This document shows, piece after piece, positions 1-14,333 of a stretch of 64,000 nt of DNA. The stretch's first letter is position 1. Every line of letters starts with the position of its first letter. The position numbers were made by a program, and so were the translations under genes. Source of the stretch: an uncultured Nitrososphaerota archaeon (lineage in GTDB: Archaea > Thermoproteota > Nitrososphaeria > Nitrososphaerales > Nitrosopumilaceae). Under the pieces are notes generated by a model that had not been told where the DNA came from, made no database searches, and saw only the letters and a program-made list of their open reading frames with translations. The stretch is from positions 1,664,001-1,728,000 of the forward strand of contig OY969559.1 of the NCBI GenBank assembly GCA_963701075.1, written 5' to 3'.

Positions 1-143
1 AGGCCCACACAGGCCAGATTCATATCGAAATTATTCTTTGCCAATACAAAAAGATTCATCTAATTTCAACTTTCAACTTGTCTGGATCTGGTTATTTGCA
101 TACATCAAAATTCTTCCTACAATGAATCTTGTAAAAAATCTAT

Positions 144-386
144 ATGTGGCAAAAGTTCCCTTGTGCAAAGAAGAGATTTGAACCAATAATGGACAGATTA
201 ACTAAATTTGGTATAACTTTTCTGATATGCGGTTTAGGGGCGTTAGCTTTAGAGTATTTTGCATTGTTTTCTACAATGAACTCTGCTCTAACAAGATATA
301 CCTTGGCTCTTTTCTCCGACATTTTCTTCCTGATTGGTTTTGGTTGCTTTATTGTCAGAATTGTTCAATCTATCAAAAGTCATTAA
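144..386 (+). CDS. small membrane protein (2 TM), hypothetical
   Basis: 80-aa ORF with two hydrophobic stretches; true start may be the internal Met (MDRLTK). Confidence 0.45.
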   Translation: MWQKFPCAKKRFEPIMDRLTKFGITFLICGLGALALEYFALFSTMNSALTRYTLALFSDIFFLIGFGCFIVRIVQSIKSH

Positions 387-514
387 TTTACGATAATGTG
401 CTTTACAATTGGCAGTACACAAGTTCGTTTTTTGTCCCTGTCATGTATTGACATTTGACAATTTGATTGAGATGATTTCAGGAACCTTTTAAATGATATG
501 TCAGGTACGATGCA

Positions 515-1078
515 ATGTTGGAGTTAAAAGTAACGCCACAAGAGTATGTAGAAAAATTATCTACCAATAAACACATGATGCTGGTATATGATGACGAAAA
601 ATACGGCAAGGAGGTCCAGTTGCTTTTTATCAAAAAAGGTTTGGAAAAAGGAGAATGTTGCATATACCTAGTTCACCATGAAGAAAGATTTACCATATCA
701 GAGATGACAAGTTATGGCATTGATGCAGAAGAACAGATCAAGAAAGGAACCTTGCACATAATTGATACTGACAATTTTACAGACAGGATGCAGGGCATGG
801 CAGAATTGCAAAAAATGTGTTCTGCGGGTCCACAGGTAAGAATTGTTGGCAGGTGGATTCCCTGCATAGATACTGTTGAGGGAATATCATCAGAGTTAGA
901 TGCAGAAAAGGAGTTGCACAAATCATTTCACAACTTTCCTGGGTCTGTGTTATGCACATATCCTGTTGACAAGATCTGCAAAAAAGATCAAGCGCAACGG
1001 ACCATCGAACTTATGAATGCACATCAAACAGTAATTTTACTCACAGAATATGGAAAGGGCACCATACATGAGTTTTGA
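515..1078 (+). CDS. MEDS-domain (DcmR-type sensory) protein
   Basis: HMMLVY..FIKKGLEKGECCIY, VRIVG and LCTYP motifs typical of MEDS domains; TTTTAAA TATA-like box at about 487. Confidence 0.8.
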   Translation: MLELKVTPQEYVEKLSTNKHMMLVYDDEKYGKEVQLLFIKKGLEKGECCIYLVHHEERFTISEMTSYGIDAEEQIKKGTLHIIDTDNFTDRMQGMAELQKMCSAGPQVRIVGRWIPCIDTVEGISSELDAEKELHKSFHNFPGSVLCTYPVDKICKKDQAQRTIELMNAHQTVILLTEYGKGTIHEF

Positions 1079-1116
1079 TTAGCTCTGTCTTCAAAATTTA
1101 CAATACAGTGTCTTGG

Positions 1117-1413
1117 CTAAACATTTACTGTATGATCGTGTCTATAGCCACATGATTGACACAAGAATACCTGATGCAAGTCTCCTTTCATATCTTTTTT
1201 AATTTCGGAAACTAGTTTGTCCATGGCAAGCCCCTTTCTTGGGCAGTCAGCATTGGGGCATGGCATATCATAATCTAGTACATGGTCCAGACAAAAGTAT
1301 CCTCGCTTTGAAGAATAATTTCCTTCTTTACCGCACTTTACTTTCTCACAAAATCTTTTCTTGTAAACAGAATCTTTTGGGATTCGGTTTGCCGGTATAT
1401 CTAATTCATCCAT
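1117..1413 (-). CDS. Cys-rich zinc-finger protein
   Basis: CEKVKC, CLDH, CPNADC and CQSCG motifs in 98 aa. Confidence 0.6.
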   Translation of the reverse strand: MDELDIPANRIPKDSVYKKRFCEKVKCGKEGNYSSKRGYFCLDHVLDYDMPCPNADCPRKGLAMDKLVSEIKKDMKGDLHQVFLCQSCGYRHDHTVNV

Positions 1414-1465
1414 GGTTATCTATTTGATAATTTTGGTATTTTTCAAATGTTTCCACTAGACAAAA

Positions 1466-1627
1466 TTACTTTTCATCTTCATAAAACTCAGGACGTATCC
1501 TGCTCCCATACAAAGCAGATTCCTTGGCTTCCTTTCTTCTTTTTAGCCACAAATGAATTCCGCCAAATAGCATTGCCCCCAAAAGAACCATTCCAGGAAT
1601 TAGCCACATCGCACCAAGTACCATCAT
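1466..1627 (-). CDS. small single-TM protein (53 aa, below ORF-track cutoff)
   Basis: Manual translation MMVLGAMWLIPGMVLLGAMLFGGIHLWLKRRKEAKE...: TM helix followed by a basic stop-transfer patch. Confidence 0.4.
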   Translation of the reverse strand: MMVLGAMWLIPGMVLLGAMLFGGIHLWLKRRKEAKESALYGSRIRPEFYEDEK

Positions 1628-1670
1628 GATACATCGACATCATTATACCATAAAAGGTTCTGCAATCATT

Positions 1671-1773
1671 TCAAAATAATCGTCTACAGTTTACACTGGG
1701 ATTCAAAATAAAATGAATCGTCGTATAGTCTCGATGTATGTGACTGAACCGATGTATTGTGTTGTTAGTGACG
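1671..1773. repeat. direct-repeat copy A of the 23S rRNA 3' end and trailer
   Basis: Matches 2609-2713 with about 5 substitutions and one 2-bp indel (TCAAAATAATCG...GTTGTTAGTGACG). Confidence 0.9.
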
Positions 1774-1828
1774 ACTAGAACAATGTGAGTGCGTCATGTT
1801 CTCATTGCTATATTTATATCATACCATA

Positions 1829-1846
1829 GTCATACTATAGTATGAC
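1829..1846. promoter_or_regulatory. perfect 18-bp palindrome over the RHH start codon (probable autoregulatory operator)
   Basis: GTCATACTATAGTATGAC is self-complementary; TTTATAT TATA box at about 1813. Confidence 0.6.
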
Positions 1847-2045
1847 AAAAGTAAAGAGGACAATTACCCTTAGTTCAGAATTAGACAACATCATTGCAAT
1901 GCTTGCCACTGGAGCAAACCAAAACACTTCAGAGTTCATAGAGTATAGACTCAGAGAAGACGAGCAGATCAAAAAAATGCTGCAAAAAATTAGAAATGCA
2001 AAAGATCCTCCAGAGTACAAGATTGGGAAAAAACTTACTATCTAG
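1842..2045 (+). CDS. ribbon-helix-helix (CopG-like) DNA-binding protein
   Basis: KVKRTITLSSELDNII...NTSEFIEYRLR beta-alpha-alpha pattern. Confidence 0.7.
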   Translation: MTKVKRTITLSSELDNIIAMLATGANQNTSEFIEYRLREDEQIKKMLQKIRNAKDPPEYKIGKKLTI

Positions 2046-2569
2046 AACTTTTTTTCCATCGGAGTTAGCATTCCCCACACATTGCTAAATTCTGAAGGTC
2101 CAATTATTTCATATCCATTTGACTTCCAGTACCCGATTCGATTTTGAACAGAATTTAATGTGATTTTAGAATAACCAAACTGTAAAGATACAAGCTCAAG
2201 TAGTGTAAACAGCGAATATCCCGGATGAATCTCATCGCAAAGTTTGTCGTGTATTCTATTTACGGCAATCATATCAATATGAAAGTGATCACCTTCATCA
2301 ACAAAAGATAAAAAAGCCAATATCTTGCTGTCAGATTCAAAGACCCAGACATGATAGTTGTCTTTATTTTCAATGTAGAGTTTTTGCAATGTAATATTTT
2401 TTGCAGATAAAAGTTCATTGTCAAAGTCATGTGATATATCAGTAGAAAGAATCTCCCTGTAAGGTAGGTTGAGCTTGAATTTTTTTCGCTCCAACAAGTT
2501 TTGATTACTAGAGTCACTAATAAGATCTTGATTTGAAATTATTTCTAGCTGCAGTGTATCATCTTTCAA
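2042..2569 (-). CDS. GNAT-family acetyltransferase
   Basis: FHIDMIAVN motif A region and ITLNSVQNRIGYWKSNGY motif B. Confidence 0.7.
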   Translation of the reverse strand: MKDDTLQLEIISNQDLISDSSNQNLLERKKFKLNLPYREILSTDISHDFDNELLSAKNITLQKLYIENKDNYHVWVFESDSKILAFLSFVDEGDHFHIDMIAVNRIHDKLCDEIHPGYSLFTLLELVSLQFGYSKITLNSVQNRIGYWKSNGYEIIGPSEFSNVWGMLTPMEKKF

Positions 2570-2608
2570 GATATTTTTTCAGATAAAAATAATTTTCTTC
2601 ATACAGCA

Positions 2609-2688
2609 TCAAAATAATCGTGTACAGTTAACACTGGGATTCAAAATAAAATGAATCGTCGCATATAGTCTCTATGTATGTGACTGAA

Positions 2689-2713
<25 letters not shown>
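2609..2713. repeat. direct-repeat copy B (native 23S 3' end, 3' processing-stem arm and trailer)
   Basis: Matches 1671-1773; 2651-2694 is the inverted complement of 6011-6060 (23S processing stem). Confidence 0.9.
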
Positions 2714-6010
<3,297 letters not shown>

Positions 6011-6018
<8 letters not shown>

Positions 6019-6163
6019 CATATTCAGTCACATATTACACGACTATACACGACGATCATCGCTAGTGCCGGGTCTCGACTACCAGCTTCGTCCTTCACCG
6101 GATAGTTTCCTATCCAGTTGCATCTTTTGTGAAGAAAGTGTGTGAACCCACACAACCCAATTA
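6011..6163 (-). other. 16S-23S spacer with processing-stem arms; no tRNA
   Basis: 6011-6060 complements 2651-2694; about 6128-6163 (GAAGAAAGTGTGTGAA..CCCAAT) complements about 7702-7736. Confidence 0.75.
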
Positions 6164-6168
6164 TTTTC

Positions 6169-7640
<1,472 letters not shown>

Positions 7641-7872
7641 CGTTTTAATCGGTACTGTATTTCAAGTACCTTGTCGAAGTACGACTTTAATTCACACTTG
7701 TATTGGGAATTGGTGGATTCACACACTTTCTTCAAATTTCAGATAAAACCGTTAGGTCATACCCACATCTTGTATGCGTAACTGGAGGCCTGTAAATCAT
7801 ACGATGGCATAATACCAAGTTGTCATTACAAGCGCCGCCTTGCTGTTACGTATGCAAAGAGGGGATCAAAGC

Positions 7873-7888
7873 GAAATAATATAAACCA
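7873..7888 (-). promoter_or_regulatory. probable rRNA operon promoter (TATA box)
   Basis: Minus-strand GGTTTATATTATTTC about 235 nt upstream of 16S. Confidence 0.5.
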
Positions 7889-7918
7889 TTCAGAAGTGAT
7901 GCCTAAAATCTGAATTTT

Positions 7919-9262
7919 TTGGGATCAATAATATTGGTCCTCATTCTAGTTTATGCATTGTCTTCTGCAGTTGAAATCTACAAGAAAAAAACTAGAAAAT
8001 CTGCCCGTGTTTTTGAAAAGTCAAAAAAGTTTCATGTCAACGGTGTAAGCCATAACATAAGATTTTTCAAACCGTATCCATTTGTTACCAAGTCTGCAAA
8101 GGGCAAGTCCATTTCAGACATAGACGGAAACCGCTATACAGACTACTGGATGGGGCACTGGAGTCTTATTCTGGGACATGCCGCACCACCTGTTGCAAGC
8201 CTTGTCAAAAAACAGCTGCCGTCATGTTGGATACATGGCACTGTAAACGAGATGACAGTATTATTTTCCGAAGTCATACAAAATGCAGTACCAGTAGCTG
8301 AGAAGATTCGTTATGTTTCCACCGGTACCGAATCCACAATGTATGCAGTAAGAATTGCAAGAGCTTTTACTGGAAAAAAGATAATTGCCAAAGTAGATGG
8401 GGGCTGGCATGGATACACCACAGACCTGCTCAAGTCAGTCAACTGGCCCTTTGAGCAACCAGAAAGTAGTGGTCTGACAGATGATTCGCATATCATATCA
8501 ATACCATACAACGATCTTGAAAAATCGATTCAGATATTGCAATCAGTAAAAGATGATCTTGCAGGTGTAATCATTGAACCAGTTTTGGGGGGAGGAGGAT
8601 GCATTCCTGCAACAAGAGAATATTTATCCGGAATACAGGAATTTGTACACAAAAATAATGCACTGTTCTTGCTTGATGAAATTGTGACAGGATTTAGATT
8701 TTCATTTGGATGCATGTATGATACTATGAAGCTAGACCCAGATATCGTAACGCTTGGAAAGATTGTGGGCGGTGGATTTCCAATTGGTGTGATATGTGGA
8801 AAAGAAGAGATAATGAAAATTTCTGACACACATACACACACAAAACTTGATAGATCATATATCGGCGGTGGAACATTTTCTGCAAATCCCATTACAATGA
8901 CTTCAGGCAGGGCAATGTTGCAATTCCTCAAGAAGAACCCTGTTGTGTACAAGAAGATAGGACATCTTGGAGAGATGGCAAGAAAGGGACTTGGTAAAAT
9001 TTTTGACGGAAAAGCTGTCATCACTGGAAAAGGCTCTCTTTTTATGCCACATTTTTTGGCAAATGGAATAACCGAGATTAAAAATGCATCAGATGCTGCA
9101 AGGTGCAACACTGATCTATTGCATCAATATCACTTTGAGATGATTGCAAGAGATGGAATATTTTTCCTTCCCGGAAAGCTTGGGGCAATCTCATATGCAC
9201 ATAATGAAGCAGACATCAAGGCCTTGCTAGAGGCATCTAGAAGGTTCTTGGACTTTGCCTAA
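7919..9262 (+). CDS. hemL: glutamate-1-semialdehyde 2,1-aminomutase (class III aminotransferase)
   Basis: [59 protein letters not shown]; real start probably about 7958. Confidence 0.85.
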   Translation: MGSIILVLILVYALSSAVEIYKKKTRKSARVFEKSKKFHVNGVSHNIRFFKPYPFVTKSAKGKSISDIDGNRYTDYWMGHWSLILGHAAPPVASLVKKQLPSCWIHGTVNEMTVLFSEVIQNAVPVAEKIRYVSTGTESTMYAVRIARAFTGKKIIAKVDGGWHGYTTDLLKSVNWPFEQPESSGLTDDSHIISIPYNDLEKSIQILQSVKDDLAGVIIEPVLGGGGCIPATREYLSGIQEFVHKNNALFLLDEIVTGFRFSFGCMYDTMKLDPDIVTLGKIVGGGFPIGVICGKEEIMKISDTHTHTKLDRSYIGGGTFSANPITMTSGRAMLQFLKKNPVVYKKIGHLGEMARKGLGKIFDGKAVITGKGSLFMPHFLANGITEIKNASDAARCNTDLLHQYHFEMIARDGIFFLPGKLGAISYAHNEADIKALLEASRRFLDFA

Positions 9263-9447
9263 ATGTGAACTTTTTTTCACAGAAGAAAAATACAAAGTTT
9301 GGTCGAAGAACTATACAGAGTAGACAATTCATACTGTTTCTCTTTTCCATACCATTCATACAGATCTTTGTCACTTTTTGCCAGATTGCATTTGGGACAT
9401 GCCTCATCAGATAACGAGGCAATTGCACGGAACGGCTCAATCTTTAA

Positions 9448-9879
9448 TTGTATAACATTGATTCAAAAAATATGACTAATCTTACCAAAGAACTGATTAT
9501 TGAAATCAATAGAGGCATAATACAAGAATGGTTAGAACAAAATCCCACTGCATTTGAGGCTATCAGCGCAAATCAAGATGAATTGAAAAAGATTTTGAAA
9601 ATGGTCGATAAACAAGAAAACCTCATAATGAAGGCATCTTATCTTTTAGGTGGAATATCATGGGCACAGCCATTTAGTGGCGGAAATAAAAGGACTGCGT
9701 TTGTATGTGCAGATACACTTTTGCGCCTGAACGGTTATAGATTATCCGTTGATAATGAAGAAGAACAAGAATATCTCCGAAAACTGCTTTTTGAGATTCA
9801 GGATGAGAGGTCTAAATTAAACGAAGAGACAATGGCTAAAATAATTTTATATGTATCAAAAAGGATTAGAAAGATATGA
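9448..9879 (+). CDS. Fic/Doc-family protein with the catalytic His replaced (QPFSGGNKRTA)
   Basis: Doc-type motif HxFxxGNKR with H to Q; probable ATG start at 9472. Confidence 0.8.
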   Translation: MYNIDSKNMTNLTKELIIEINRGIIQEWLEQNPTAFEAISANQDELKKILKMVDKQENLIMKASYLLGGISWAQPFSGGNKRTAFVCADTLLRLNGYRLSVDNEEEQEYLRKLLFEIQDERSKLNEETMAKIILYVSKRIRKI

Positions 9880-10106
9880 ATCAAGAAGCACTACAAGTAG
9901 CAAAGGCAAGTATGAGGGATAATCACAAGTTGCTTACTGCGCTGGGTAATGAAAAACCAGTTAAACTGAGTTATACTCCTAAAGAGGAATCAGTTTTATC
10001 ATCAATATTGGATTTACTTCCAAAATCGACAGAAGGAAAAATTGCCTTAGCTGGTTTAATAGCGCTAGTTGTTTGGGATCTAGTTCGTAAAAAAGATTCA
10101 AAATAA
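9876..10106 (+). CDS. small protein coupled to the Doc-like gene; possible antitoxin with C-terminal TM helix
   Basis: ATGA overlap with the Fic gene; N-terminal amphipathic helix; C-terminal IALAGLIALVVW. Confidence 0.5.
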   Translation: MNQEALQVAKASMRDNHKLLTALGNEKPVKLSYTPKEESVLSSILDLLPKSTEGKIALAGLIALVVWDLVRKKDSK

Positions 10107-10333
10107 AATGCGCTCAATTGATAGGAGATCTTTTAACGCAAATCAATGGCAGATATCAAGATGTGATAGGTTGTAGCCTGTGCAGATATTTCCATGACCC
10201 ATAGAAGGAGACAGTTACCGTTTCACAGATAAATCGGTCTAACCGAGTTTATCTTCTCGAGTAATTGGTTTGACAAAATGATCGTTTTTTTCCATAGCGA
10301 TATTTATTAACTAATATTTCTAGAGTCGTTCTC

Positions 10334-11137
10334 GTGTATAAGATAGCCATAGCCCTTGCAGCAGTAGTTTTGCTGATTCCTTTTGCATCCCACTCTTTTG
10401 CATCAAATATAGAGATAGATATCCATGCAGGCTCTGCTGACCAAAATCAGCACCTAACGTTTTACCCCCCTACATCATCGGCATATGTTGGAGATGTCCT
10501 GGAGTTTGGAAACGGCGATACAGTTACTCATGAGATAGTCTCCGGAACCCCCGACGCAGGATCTGATGGCAAGTTTGACAGCGGCACACTAAACCCAGGC
10601 CAGTACTTTACATACAATGTTACAGAGTATGATGTCGGCACACTCAGTTTTTACGACAAGTCATACCCATGGATGACGGGCAATGTCATAGTTCAGGAAG
10701 CACCCACAGGATACAAGGTAATTCATAATGTTGGTGCAGATGTCGGAGACGGCAAGACAACGTTTGATGTCCAGTACCAATCAATAAAAAATATCATCTC
10801 TGCTGAAGTGGGGGTAAAGGACAAGTCCCTCAACTTGGTACTTGTAGGGCAGACAAACCAGAGTAGCACCCTAGTGCTTAACCTTCCAACAGATCTTATC
10901 GCTACCCCATTATTGGGAGTACAAGTTGACGGTGCGTTTACAACGAACTTTACTGAGACAGACCTGAAAGGTATGACGGTTCTTACAATACCCATTACGC
11001 CAGTTACAGAACAAGTCAGCATTATAGGAACACAGGTAGTGCCAGAGTTTGGTCCAATTGCGGCCCTAGTTCTTGCAATATCTATTTTCACACTAGTACT
11101 GTTTACGAAATTTATGCCAATCCGTATACCGGGATAG
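10334..11137 (+). CDS. secreted cupredoxin-like PEFG-CTERM protein
   Basis: Signal peptide; N-D-x-x-x-H, FDSG and YPWMTG cupredoxin pattern (Cys and second His ligands absent: FYDKSYPWM); VVPEFGPIA plus TM. Confidence 0.8.
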   Translation: MYKIAIALAAVVLLIPFASHSFASNIEIDIHAGSADQNQHLTFYPPTSSAYVGDVLEFGNGDTVTHEIVSGTPDAGSDGKFDSGTLNPGQYFTYNVTEYDVGTLSFYDKSYPWMTGNVIVQEAPTGYKVIHNVGADVGDGKTTFDVQYQSIKNIISAEVGVKDKSLNLVLVGQTNQSSTLVLNLPTDLIATPLLGVQVDGAFTTNFTETDLKGMTVLTIPITPVTEQVSIIGTQVVPEFGPIAALVLAISIFTLVLFTKFMPIRIPG

Positions 11138-11831
11138 CTGCTCCGTTTATCGGTCTTGCATCATCTGACGCCAAAAAGAGAATCACTTTTGAAATATCAG
11201 TAGGTGTTACCCATTTTGCATGATCAGCATTTGGCATTGCTTTCCTGTTTTCTCCAGTATCAATAATGCTTGGCATGATGCAGTTGACATTGATTCCTTT
11301 TGACTTGACTTCTTCTGAGAGCGACTCGACTAGTCTTATCACACCGCTCTTTGATGCAACATATGCTGCATCATGTCCTGCACCCTTGAGTCCAGACCTT
11401 GCCGCAACATGAATCACTTTGCCGCCAGACTGTTTTGTCATCTGTGCAACAACATGCTTGCTTAACAAAAATGCTGTCTTGAGGTTGATATCCATCATAT
11501 GATTCCAGTCATTTTCGTCTATCTCAGTCACGGGTTTTCCCGCAATGTATCCGCCAATCACATTTGCAAGCACATCTATCCTTCCAAATCTCTTTACTGC
11601 CTCAGAGACCAGAATTTTCACATCATCTTCTTTTGTAAAATCTCCCCTCAACAAAAATGTGTTTTTTGCCGTACCGCAGATCTTTTGCAACGATTGAAGA
11701 GAATCACTAGAATGGTATGTCAGGACAATAGATGCTCCAGCCTTGAGAAAGGCCTGGGCCACCTCAGTTCCCAGTCCCCCACTGCTACCAGTAACGAGTA
11801 CAATTTTTCCTGAAAAATCATAATTGTTCAT
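11112..11831 (-). CDS. short-chain dehydrogenase/reductase
   Basis: TGSSGGLG, YVASK catalytic motif. Confidence 0.9.
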   Translation of the reverse strand: MNNYDFSGKIVLVTGSSGGLGTEVAQAFLKAGASIVLTYHSSDSLQSLQKICGTAKNTFLLRGDFTKEDDVKILVSEAVKRFGRIDVLANVIGGYIAGKPVTEIDENDWNHMMDINLKTAFLLSKHVVAQMTKQSGGKVIHVAARSGLKGAGHDAAYVASKSGVIRLVESLSEEVKSKGINVNCIMPSIIDTGENRKAMPNADHAKWVTPTDISKVILFLASDDARPINGAAIPVYGLA

Positions 11832-11916
11832 AATGAAGCAACTACAAGGAGGATTAAAAAAGAATCTTTTCTCGTGGCATGATCACCTTTATCAAATGAT
11901 ATGACAATACAATATC

Positions 11917-12267
11917 ATGTCAAAAGACAACAAAACCCCAGATTGGGAAGAGATGTGGACTGAATACACCCAGACACTAAAAAAATGGATGCAAAATCTA
12001 GAGGCTCTGCAAAAGACAAGTGCCGAAGTACAAGAAAAGTACAATGAGGTAATGGCAAAAGCAATCAATGACTCAAGCCAGAAGACAATAAAGGAATTTC
12101 AAGATAACTGGCAAAAGGCCATGACCAAAGCAGGCGCATCTGCCTTCAAGCAATTTGGCGAAAGCTGGCAAAAATCAATCAGCGAGTCAGGACTAGGTCA
12201 GCTCCAGACATATGGAGACATGATGAGCAAGTTTGCCGAGACATGGCAAAAGATGTGGCGAAGTTAA
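11917..12267 (+). CDS. hypothetical helical Q/W-rich protein
   Basis: 116-aa ORF with repeated amphipathic F-x-E/D-x-WQK helices. Confidence 0.65.
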   Translation: MSKDNKTPDWEEMWTEYTQTLKKWMQNLEALQKTSAEVQEKYNEVMAKAINDSSQKTIKEFQDNWQKAMTKAGASAFKQFGESWQKSISESGLGQLQTYGDMMSKFAETWQKMWRS

Positions 12268-12287
12268 AAACATCTAAAGATAAGAAT

Positions 12288-12986
12288 TTAGCTCTTGTCG
12301 ACTTGTTCGCTGCCAGTCTTGGACTCGACCTCATCTGCCATCAGATCAAGCTCTGAGGTATCTCCTAGTTTTTGATATGTCATTTTTTCAAGTGTCTTGA
12401 GTATACTTTTTGCAGAACGATACTGCGGAAGTTTTGGCTCGTTGAGCTCTGCATACAGACCAATTCCCTGAATGCCGTTCATCTTTGCAAATCCCAGGAT
12501 TAGGCCGTTAAATCCAGTAATTATCGAGGCCTCGGGCGTTGTCTCAATTCCAAGTTTTCTTACCTGGTCTGTCATCTCTAATGATGTCGTAGTGACAAAT
12601 GTCTTGGGTTCTTTTCCAATTGGTTTTTTTGTATGAAACCCTCCAAGCGTGTAGATGAATCTTGTTGAATATTTTTTTGCGACATTTATGACATCTTGGC
12701 ACAACACATTGAGTTCCTCTGTTGAAGATGGCTGGCCAGAACCACCTCCGAAGACTATGGTGTCCTTGCCAAATCGGTATTCCCATTTTTCTTCGGGCAG
12801 ATCAATGTAGCCGCCATTATCTATAACATAAGCAGGATAAGATGGAAGAACTTCACGAAATACAACAGTTTCTAGATTTTCGTTAATAAAATCAATCACT
12901 ATGCTTCCCACGTCTCCCATATCTTGCATTGCGGCAATCATCATAGGCTTTTGCAGATCTGGCTCTCTTATTTGCGAAAACTTCAC
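12288..12986 (-). CDS. PAC2-family proteasome assembly chaperone
   Basis: MQDMGDVG, YTLGGF, ITGFNGLILG, GLYAE motifs. Confidence 0.85.
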   Translation of the reverse strand: MKFSQIREPDLQKPMMIAAMQDMGDVGSIVIDFINENLETVVFREVLPSYPAYVIDNGGYIDLPEEKWEYRFGKDTIVFGGGSGQPSSTEELNVLCQDVINVAKKYSTRFIYTLGGFHTKKPIGKEPKTFVTTTSLEMTDQVRKLGIETTPEASIITGFNGLILGFAKMNGIQGIGLYAELNEPKLPQYRSAKSILKTLEKMTYQKLGDTSELDLMADEVESKTGSEQVDKS

Positions 12987-13068
12987 TCTAGTTCTTTACT
13001 TTTATTCTGATTAATACCTTGCATTCGTTCTACATGAGATATAAGTAGAGTTTTTTAAAATTCAAGGC

Positions 13069-13693
13069 ATGGGTAAGTATGAACTGCCTCCTCTTCCATA
13101 TTCCTACGATGCACTAGAACCGTACATCGATGAGACTACCATGAAGATCCATCACACAAAACATCACCAAGCCTATACAGACGGACTAAATGATACTCTT
13201 GCAAAGATAAACGCGCTATCACATAAAAATTACATTATTGGGATTTTGTCCGATATTAGTACAGTTCCAGAAAATGCAAGAGATGCAATCAACTTCTACG
13301 GTGGTGGATATGAAAATCACAAGATGTTCTGGGACAGTATGAAGCCAAATGGTGGCGGCAAGCCTGGTGGGAGGCTAGCAGACGAGATAGGGGTCTATTT
13401 TGGAAGTTTTGACGAGTTCAAGAAAAAGTTCTCAGAAGGGACGATATCAATACAGGGAAGCGGCTGGGGATGGCTAGTGTATAACCAGACATATGCAAAA
13501 TTGGAATTTATGACAACTCCCAATCAGACAAGCCCTTGGACCCAGAGGCGCATTCCTCTCTTGGGCTTGGATGTCTGGGAGCATGCATACTATCTCAAGT
13601 ATCAAAACAAGAGAGCGGCATATGTTGAATCATGGTGGAATGTTGTCAACTGGTCCGAAGTTGAAGAGAGATTTATCAGAGTGAGCTTCGTAA
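13069..13693 (+). CDS. sod: Fe/Mn superoxide dismutase (appears fused to the next gene through a probable 1-nt insertion)
   Basis: LPPLPYSYDALEP, HHTKHH, GSGWGWL, DVWEHAYY; deleting one T at GTGAGCTTCGTAA restores a stop that overlaps the next ATG (TAATG). Confidence 0.9.
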
Positions 13694-14301
13694 TGACATA
13701 CTCCAAATCATTTGGTTCCAAGAAAAAAACTGTAATTGTGACAGGTATAGTAATACTGCTTGCAATTTATTTTGCGTCAGCCAGTTATTTCTTTCCGCAA
13801 TTTTACCTCTCACTTGTACAGCAATATCCAAGACCAGTTATTTCAGATGTAAAAATTTCAAACTCTACCATACACCTTGGGCAGTCATTTGAGATTACAG
13901 TTGTAGGAACAAACAAAGGAGTAACGTCTGACATGCAGACATTGTCGGTATCATTTCCTAACATGACAGGTATAAAGGGAATATCCATCAAAGATGATAA
14001 CTTTACGCAGCATCCCATAATTATCAATACAGGACAAGAGGTCGGGTCACATTATCAGGGAACTCAGTATCCAGTGTACTCACAGTATCCAGCAGTGGAA
14101 TCATACAACAGACCATGGGAAGCCGGAGCGTCTCATGCAGTCTCTATAGATATCACGCCAGAATCTGCAGGAAAGTTTCTAGTATTTGTCAAAAGCGTGG
14201 TCTTGCCTCGCATCGATATTATTCATTATCCAATGAATGGAACTGAAGACCAGCAAAGCGAGTATGTTCTTCCCTATTCTGTAAATGTCACAGATCATTA
14301 G
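13693..14301 (+). CDS. membrane-anchored secreted Ig-like protein
   Basis: MTYSKSFGSKKK plus TM anchor then a beta-rich domain; second half of ORF 13069..14301. Confidence 0.65.
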   Translation: MTYSKSFGSKKKTVIVTGIVILLAIYFASASYFFPQFYLSLVQQYPRPVISDVKISNSTIHLGQSFEITVVGTNKGVTSDMQTLSVSFPNMTGIKGISIKDDNFTQHPIIINTGQEVGSHYQGTQYPVYSQYPAVESYNRPWEAGASHAVSIDITPESAGKFLVFVKSVVLPRIDIIHYPMNGTEDQQSEYVLPYSVNVTDH

Positions 14302-14333
14302 TTATAAAAATCAGGCAATGAGAAGATAATCAA

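Noticed and set aside
6020-6168. tRNA-Ala in the 16S-23S spacer
   Set aside because: The spacer is about 150 nt, occupied by processing stems, and shows no cloverleaf or T-loop motif.
9237-9440. 67-aa minus-strand ORF as an antitoxin or RHH protein
   Set aside because: No convincing motif and it overlaps the hemL end; cannot be supported from sequence alone.
13069-14301. Novel SOD-membrane/Ig domain fusion protein
   Set aside because: Removing one T at an AGCT site restores a normal SOD stop overlapping the next ATG (TAATG); most likely an indel error.
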